NCBI GenBank assembly: GCA_002633005.1
Contig: NMRA01000566.1
Location: 230,944 to 273,254 of the forward strand
Direction of reading: 5' to 3'
Length of the DNA: 42,311 bases
Source: Phoronis australis
Lineage: Eukaryota > Animalia > Phoronida
Positions 35,276 to 42,311 of this stretch are shown here, one piece after another. Position 1 is the first letter of the stretch; each line of letters starts with the position of its first letter. The notes under the pieces were generated by a model. The model was not told the DNA's origin. It was given only the letters and a program-made list of their open reading frames with translations, and did not search any database. The position numbers were made by a program, and so were the translations under genes.

Positions 35276-36170
35276 CTAGGGAAGAGGAAAAAGCAGACAC
35301 GCGAATGTAGTTTTTAGTGCGTCAGATTCCCAGCGCCCCATGCGCTGGATCACCGGTTCAGGGACGCCACAGCTGGCCGCTGATGTGGCGGCGCCAATGC
35401 GAAAGCTATGCGACGTATAAGACTTCGAGGTGTCGCGTCCTACAAAGGAAACCACCTTAGTTACCATGGAGTTGAAACAGGAAAGTGTAACCGGTGATCC
35501 ACTGAGGTGTTGGAACAGGGGCCTGGAGAGGGCTGAAAAGTGGAAAAGTACAAGGTTAGGGCAGCTACCGGGCAATGGGGAGATCGACTGGATGGAATCG
35601 TAAGTGACACTGGTCCAGAGCTGTTCTTGAAAGTACGCATACTGATGACTACAGAATCGCCAGAGAGGGGGGGAAGACGACGTCGCTGACCTGTATGACG
35701 TGGGAGGAGAGCGAGGGGGTGATTGTGAATTCACCGACTGTGAGGAAGGCTAGGAGGAACATGGCACGTGCGAGAATCGAGTCGGCAAAAGAGCAGATTG
35801 CAGAAGGACAGGCTCCAAACAAGCAGTGAAGCAAAGTTTAAGTAATGGGCATGCCTGTGTCAGAACAGGAGCGCATATTGGAAGCACCTTTGAGGATTTT
35901 TTTGATGAAAAAGGAGGAAGTGGGGCCAGGGAGTTTGTCAAGCTTGTGGACAAAACTAATGGCAGAGACATAGGACTGGATAAACGAGCTACTAAGGCCA
36001 GATTCAAAAAGATGGGAGATGTAGTGGGCTAGGATAGAGGTATTAATGGGAGGAGAGTTGTTAGAGGAGAGGTGAAACTGTGCAAGGTTATGCAAGATGC
36101 TGGTGTAGGACTGAAGAGTGGAGGGGGGCAGGGAAGCCCGGAGCAGTCTGGTCACGCTGCGAGGAGGTGT
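35276..36170 (-). pseudogene. Tyrosine recombinase (YR) ORF remnant of the Ngaro/DIRS element
   Basis: N-terminal LLRASLPPSTLQSY...IQSYVSAISFVHKL...FFIKKILKGA, then AMFLLAF..VGEFT, and the catalytic box YTSHSFRIGAATSAASCGVPEPVIQRMGRWESDA. Frameshifted. Confidence 0.92.
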
Positions 36171-37126
36171 NNNNNNNNNNNNNNNNNNNNNNNNNNNNNN
36201 NNNNNNNNNNNNNNNNNNNNNNNNNNNNNNNNNNNNNNNNNNNNNNNNNNNNNNNNNNNNNNNNNNNNNNNNNNNNNNNNNNNNNNNNNNNNNNNNNNNN
36301 NNNNNNNNNNNNNNNNNNNNNNNNNNNNNNNNNNNNNNNNNNNNNNNNNNNNNNNNNNNNNNNNNNNNNNNNNNNNNNNNNNNNNNNNNNNNNNNNNNNN
36401 NNNNNNNNNNNNNNNNNNNNNNNNNNNNNNNNNNNNNNNNNNNNNNNNNNNNNNNNNNNNNNNNNNNNNNNNNNNNNNNNNNNNNNNNNNNNNNNNNNNN
36501 NNNNNNNNNNNNNNNNNNNNNNNNNNNNNNNNNNNNNNNNNNNNNNNNNNNNNNNNNNNNNNNNNNNNNNNNNNNNNNNNNNNNNNNNNNNNNNNNNNNN
36601 NNNNNNNNNNNNNNNNNNNNNNNNNNNNNNNNNNNNNNNNNNNNNNNNNNNNNNNNNNNNNNNNNNNNNNNNNNNNNNNNNNNNNNNNNNNNNNNNNNNN
36701 NNNNNNNNNNNNNNNNNNNNNNNNNNNNNNNNNNNNNNNNNNNNNNNNNNNNNNNNNNNNNNNNNNNNNNNNNNNNNNNNNNNNNNNNNNNNNNNNNNNN
36801 NNNNNNNNNNNNNNNNNNNNNNNNNNNNNNNNNNNNNNNNNNNNNNNNNNNNNNNNNNNNNNNNNNNNNNNNNNNNNNNNNNNNNNNNNNNNNNNNNNNN
36901 NNNNNNNNNNNNNNNNNNNNNNNNNNNNNNNNNNNNNNNNNNNNNNNNNNNNNNNNNNNNNNNNNNNNNNNNNNNNNNNNNNNNNNNNNNNNNNNNNNNN
37001 NNNNNNNNNNNNNNNNNNNNNNNNNNNNNNNNNNNNNNNNNNNNNNNNNNNNNNNNNNNNNNNNNNNNNNNNNNNNNNNNNNNNNNNNNNNNNNNNNNNN
37101 NNNNNNNNNNNNNNNNNNNNNNNNNN
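36171..37126. other. Assembly gap (956 N)
   Basis: Run of N. Confidence 1.
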
Positions 37127-38009
37127 CTGTTGAATAGTTTTTGTAATGCTAAATGTTGTAAAGTATTGTGCATTTTAATTTACTTATTATGTTAAAAGTT
37201 TGAATCATTTTGGCTTAATGAATAAAAAATGATAACATCTTGTATTGGACTTGTCATACTTATGTGCTCGAACGAGCCCCCTTTTTGGAGAACTGGCAAA
37301 AGGTCTGCCTCAGTCACAGAAGCACGAATTATGAAAAAAGTAGAAAATGAGACAATATTCCACTAGAAGACAGGAAGTACCAAAATTTAGAGTCTGCAAT
37401 TCATAGCTCTGAACATACCCGTTGAATCTTGTAGTAAAAGATAGACATTCCCAAAAATTCCAGCCCCCCCCCCCATTCTTTTAGGCTTGGTGCGCTCATA
37501 CAAAGTCTGGGAACAACTTTGCACAGTTCGCCAGAAGTACCCAAGTTCTAAATAAACCTCGTTTGAGCGAGCGCTTTGGCCAGCGACCAGTTAGGCCTAA
37601 GGGTAGCCTTGGCGCAAAGCTGTGTAGGCCTACTAACAAGCTGTATTTTGACGATAGTCTTCACTGGTAGCTGGTGACTGAGGCTAACTAAGGTCTGCCG
37701 CGGCAGTGTGACACAGGACTAACCAGCCTGTAATTTCATGCAAGTGTCTGAAACTACCCTTGAATATATGCAGCACTTATGATTTGACCATTTTACTTCG
37801 ACAAAACAGCTTGCAACCGCATGCATTTACCGTTCGCCACTGTCTGGTCTCGATCCGCACCTGGTCCGATAGGCTGCCGTCCCGAGTCTGGCAAAGTAAT
37901 TTCTGTCAAAAATTTTTCGCCACATTTCTTCAGCAAATTCGATAAAATTGTCCGTAGTTTGATTTTATTAAAATTAAGGCGCGCTGACGATTATTTTATC
38001 CCCGTTTGC

Positions 38010-39300
38010 TGGCTGGTGATATGACTGGCTTTGCAGGTGCTCGGGCCACGGGCAGGCAAACCAGGAAGCCCCCAATGTTGCAGCAAAGCCCCCATTGGAG
38101 CCTGCAGCATCAGAGAACAGTTTGATGGTGTCTGAAGATGTCCACTCTTCGAATAGGAACAGTGTTTTCTATTTGAAGTCTCGAAGCAATTTGGACCCAG
38201 TCCTAAGGTCCGCTCTAGCTTCTTTATTGAGAGTGGCGAAGTGCCCTGGTCTCGAACTAACAATGGTGAGGTTGATGAGGGGACTCAGGAAGGCGTGGCC
38301 GGGCACGATGACGGAGCTGGCGAAGTTTAGTAGACCAATGAGGGATTGAAGATCGCGGAGCGTAACCTTGCGGCGCTTCTGGAAGTCGAGGAGGAGGTTG
38401 GAAGCTTTGTCCACCTTGTCCTTTGGGAGAGAAGCAGTCATGGTGGTAGAGTCGAGGTGGATGCCATAAATGGGGATGGAGGTGGTCGGCTGAATTTTCT
38501 TGTCGTGGTTGATAGGGATTCCTAGGGAGTCGCAGAGTGATATGAATGCGGCAAGGTCCCGGGAGGCGAGGATGGGAGCCCACGAAAAAGAAGTCATCGA
38601 GGTAGTGCGAAACGCCGGCGACCTTCAGCTTGGTTTCCAGGATCCATTGAATCACAGAACTGACCTTCTCGAAGATGTTGCAGCTGGAGGCACAGCCAAA
38701 TGGCAGGAACCAGTCTTAGTAGAAGTTGTTGGCCCAGGAGAGACCTGAGAGGTGGTAGTCGTCAAGCTGCTCCGGTACGATGCGAAAAGCGTCCTTGATG
38801 TCAGTCTTAGCCATGAGGGAGGGCGTCCAAACCGTTGAATCAGGCGGATAGCGTCCGTGGTGGATTGGTAATGGACTTGGGAGAAATACGGGGGTATGAG
38901 GGAGTTAACGAAGTTAGAGTAACGAGATGGATATGACAAGTTATGAATGAGACGAAAACCGTTAGGATGAGATTTAGGGATGAGGGCAAGGGGTGACGAA
39001 GAGAAAAGGCGAAAAGGAGGGGATGGGAAAGGACCAGCATAGCGACCCAGCAGAACTTCAGTCTGTATTTTCTGAAAAGTAAAGTAACTTCGGGATTACG
39101 GAGAGCTGATGGGTGGTTGGTGGGGGGATTGGAGTGACAGATCGGGGAGGCGCCGAGCCTGAAACCAAAAGAGAAACCATTGATAAGCTCCGTAGCCGAG
39201 AGGGAGTCATACCATAACCTGAAAGGAGAGGTTTAGTTTTGTTTACTTTTACGGGTGTTGGGATACCTGGCAGGTGTGTTGGCGGTTTTGGAGGTGGATA
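38010..39300 (-). pseudogene. Reverse transcriptase and N-terminal RNase H remnant of the Ngaro/DIRS element
   Basis: PTPVKV, LINGFSFGFRLG, YAGPFPSPPF..SPLALIPK..GFRLIHNLSYP, MAKTDIKDAFRIVP, LPFGCASSCNIFEK, VSHYLDDFFFVG, LRDLQSLIGLLNFASSVIVPG, and RNase H LFSDAAGSNGGFAATLGASWFACPWP. Confidence 0.93.
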
Positions 39301-39439
39301 AACGCTCTGGGTGGTTGGCGCCGCAGAAGCGATTATTATCAAGTGTCTATTTTGTGAAGATTGGCCACCCTTTGGTTTAGCTGGTTGTGGCTCACACATG
39401 TCTGTAGGATTTCTCGTGCTAGTGGCTCTGGTCAATACG

Positions 39440-39812
39440 GCCTAAAAGCCGCAAAATGTTCCCTAAAATGGGAATTAAATCGAATTCATTTTCTGTTTTT
39501 CAAGTACTTGAGTGTGATGCCCGTATTCACTCTCCTCTCTGTCTGCACAATACTTGTCCAGTTCTCGCTCAAAATCGTCCTCGTCTTCTGATCTGTTTTG
39601 TTCTGCTATTGCAATTGATAATCAAGTGACCAAACGTCCTTCACCCAGTACATCATTTGTCGGGAGACTTAAAAATAGCTAATATTTCTTAAAAGTTAAA
39701 CAATTGCAACGATTTGGCATAAACAGTGCTTAATTATATAGATTTAATGGTATTCATTTCACGATAGCTAACTGAAACTTTAAAAACTAAGAAAATGCAT
39801 GAGGGGAACTCT
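39440..39812 (+). mobile_element. Right end of a Kolobok-type element
   Basis: Ends CATGAGGGGAACTCT (39798-39812) followed by TTAA. Its reverse complement AGAGTTCCCCTCATG matches the 34108 left end at 11/15. Confidence 0.5.
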
Positions 39813-40239
39813 TTAAAATCGCTAATTCTATTATCCAAATACCGACTCTTAAAAACAACCCCAACAGTCGACCAGCTGTCAAATTAATAAGTATACCCGC
39901 AAACTATATATGTTAATTAGCCGATATCGAGGTGGGAGCATTTAATGGTCGAAACATACTACATAACATCAGGACAACCAACCACAGCGTTAGTCATCAT
40001 CCACTGTTTACAGTGAAACTGCTGCTCAGATGCTATACTTTCCAGTGCCATTCTTAGCTTAAATCGTTTACCTTGTTGTCGTATTTGCGGCTGAATTCCT
40101 CTTCTAATGCCAACGAAGTATTACTGCTATACTGCGGGCTACAACTCTGACGGGAACACGAGGCAACTCCTTTGCTAAAATGAAAACTTACGGGATTTAA
40201 CGCCTTAGCCAATTTAAGCCAGAATGTGACTTAAACTGT

Positions 40240-41346
40240 AAAAAGGGGAGGGGGGACGGGAAGGGGAAGAACTTTCATACACACATTCACAATCATATTC
40301 ACACAGTTTAATTATCTTATGTTTACATTTACGTAGGTGCATATTTGTGAAAAGGCCAATTTTCTTATAATACAACAGAAGTGGTTAAAAAATAACGCCA
40401 TATACATGTATTGGTTGAATCATTTTAAAGAGATGCCTGCAAAACCCTCCACTGTTCTTAAGTTTTAGTCGAGGCATTAAATACAATGAGGTTCACTGCG
40501 TCAAAAAGTATAAATCTGAACTAATTAAAACAAGGTTGAGACCCATCTCTCGATGATGTATAAATATAATGTTGGGCATGAGTGTATATGGTATTGAAGA
40601 TTTCACATAGATTGCCAAAGAAGCAAACTAAGAAGTGGTACATACATGTAGATGGCTCAGTGTGTAAATTAAAAACTTTACTTATGAAAGGATGGAAAGA
40701 ATTCCAGAAACATTTAACACAGAAGCAGCTATAAAACATATGCTGAAAAGTCACAGTAGGGCCATTGGTCTGTTTGTGAAATACCAAATATTTTTAACAT
40801 TTTGTTTGTATTAATTCTTTTGTGAATGAAAAAGTGTTTAAACATTGTCAAATGAGGGTTTATGGGTAGATTGAAAGGGAGATTGTAAATTTCTTTAATT
40901 TCGGCGTCTGTGTAATAGCTGAGTAAAAACGCATAATTATCTGGTCTTACAGAAAACTTGTGAATAAATATGTTTTTGATCCATGAATTGGAACTATTGA
41001 AGAATAAAAATCTAATGTTGTTACAACTAACAATCCTTCTATCTGACACGCTCAGAACTTACATGTACTTCAAGGTCGTTGTAGTGGAAGAAAATGGTAT
41101 GATTGACGTATCCTTTAACTTCCTCTTAATGTTTTCCCATTTAAGAAGTTTGTTCTGGCTATGTAAAAAATCTTCACAAAATTTGAGGCCTGCATTGTAC
41201 AGATCTTGGTAAAATAATGAATTACCGTTAACAGTTAAATTACAATTGTTCCATATTCCTTGTTTGGCTATTAGTACTTCCTTAAAAGTTTCAGGATTAA
41301 GAATATCCAAGGTAAAATTAATGTTTGTTTCCCCAGACAGACCCAC
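40240..41346 (-). mobile_element. 3' fragment of a Tx1/L1-clade LINE ORF2
   Basis: QGIWNNCNLTVNGNSLFYQDLYNAGLKFCEDFL, IYNLPFNL..LTMFKHFFIHKRINTNKMLKIFGISQTDQWPYC and HMFYSCFCVKCFWN (zf-RVT region). Frameshifted. Confidence 0.85.
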
Positions 41347-41834
41347 AAACGTGTATTAACGATCAACAACCTCGAGAATTTTGTCAAAAAACAAGTATTA
41401 AACGATATTACCTGTTACTCTGAGTAGGCCCGTGCTGCCGGGCTGAACTTTCCTATTTCAGTTCCGCCAAGATTGAAAAATGCACTGCATGAATGATCTA
41501 TTTTTTCTAAATGTCAGGCACTCCTGATAAAACTACATACATCACTGATATTTGCTTTTTTGACCTTTTTCGTGTCAGCGAATGCATTAATGAAATTTTG
41601 CCTGGATTACAATAGCAATTGCGTACAAGATATGGCAAAGTAATTGGAACGCTTACACGTGAAGAAGCAGGACAAGTCACTTGTGCTTGACACAATATTT
41701 TTTGAAATATGGGCAAAACATTCATGAAAGAGAGCTAGTGCTTCGTCTGACTGATATTCCATGACAGGTCTATTCCGTTGTATTCTCGGAAGCAAAAAGC
41801 TTGTTCTTCGAGTGTGCCATTTTGTTTATTTAGC

Positions 41835-42311
41835 ATGCCACCCAAAAAACAATCTAATTTGCATCAATAACGACACGTACGGTTGCGTTACCTGACACCT
41901 GACGGCAGACGGAGGTGTTGAAAGTATCCAATGGCGTCATCGGTTTCACACGCAGTCTGTTCAGCAGTTCACGACACGGGTTACTGGTGTCAGCTTATCG
42001 CTTGAAGTCATCGTTTAACACCAATAAATCATCAAACTTCGATGTAAAACCCTTAAAAATACACCGAGTTCTTATAAAAACGTGTTGTTTTATTTCGCTC
42101 TTACGGATTTATTGGTATTTGGAAACACCGTAGCCTACAAAGTTCCGCAAGCCAATAAGGTCCGTAGCCAGGGTTTGGGGTCTGTTCGGGGATAATTTCG
42201 AAGTATTTTCCGTGAGATACAGACAGGAGAACCTAGATCTGTGTTGTTTAGACTAATGATTTTTTGAGTTCTATACACAAAACGCTTGTTATCCTGGCTA
42301 GTGGCTCGGAG
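41835..42311 (-). mobile_element. Second, inverted copy of the Kolobok element at 17613-19212 (right-end portion, runs off the window)
   Basis: Reverse complement of ~18725-19206. It starts atgccacccaaaaaacaatcta (TIR lacking the terminal AGGAGA), continues ttacctgacacctgacggcagacggag, and ends gtggctcgga. Confidence 0.92.

Larger units (their letters stand above)
34810..39430 (-). mobile_element. Ngaro/DIRS-order tyrosine-recombinase retrotransposon (decayed, spans the assembly gap)
   Basis: RT, RNase H and YR remnants lie in order on the minus strand, with a C-rich coding strand and a non-coding 3' tail at 35275-34810. Confidence 0.88.

Noticed and set aside
36072-37195. Four long ORFs (339-371 aa) in the ORF track
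   Set aside because: They are artefacts of translating through the N gap.

Overview
This is AT-rich, repeat-dense genomic DNA from an animal, probably a marine invertebrate. It has spliceosomal introns, no operons, RNA genes or CRISPR arrays, and a 956-nt N gap. Most ORFs in the supplied track are spurious. Manual splicing gives two intact genes. (1) A 5-coding-exon ependymin-related protein (EPDR) gene on + (5110-11302, 196 aa). (2) A 4-coding-exon gene on - (31072-26955, 186 aa) for a secreted precursor with a signal peptide, a KR cleavage site, a CxCxCxxxCxC motif and a C-terminal cystine-knot-like domain. Immediately downstream of gene 2 are three decayed same-strand paralogues (about 21.1-26.0 kb), forming a tandem cystine-knot family array; this is the most interesting signal in the window. 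The rest is transposon debris: Gypsy gag, TTAA-flanked Kolobok-type elements, an ISL2EU-like element, four THAP remnants, hAT and probable MULE transposase relics, a Ngaro/DIRS tyrosine-recombinase retrotransposon, Tx1/L1 LINE ends, MITEs and a duplicated 1-kb repeat. There is also a perfect 81-bp palindrome. All calls come from reading and hand-translating the sequence; no database searches were run.
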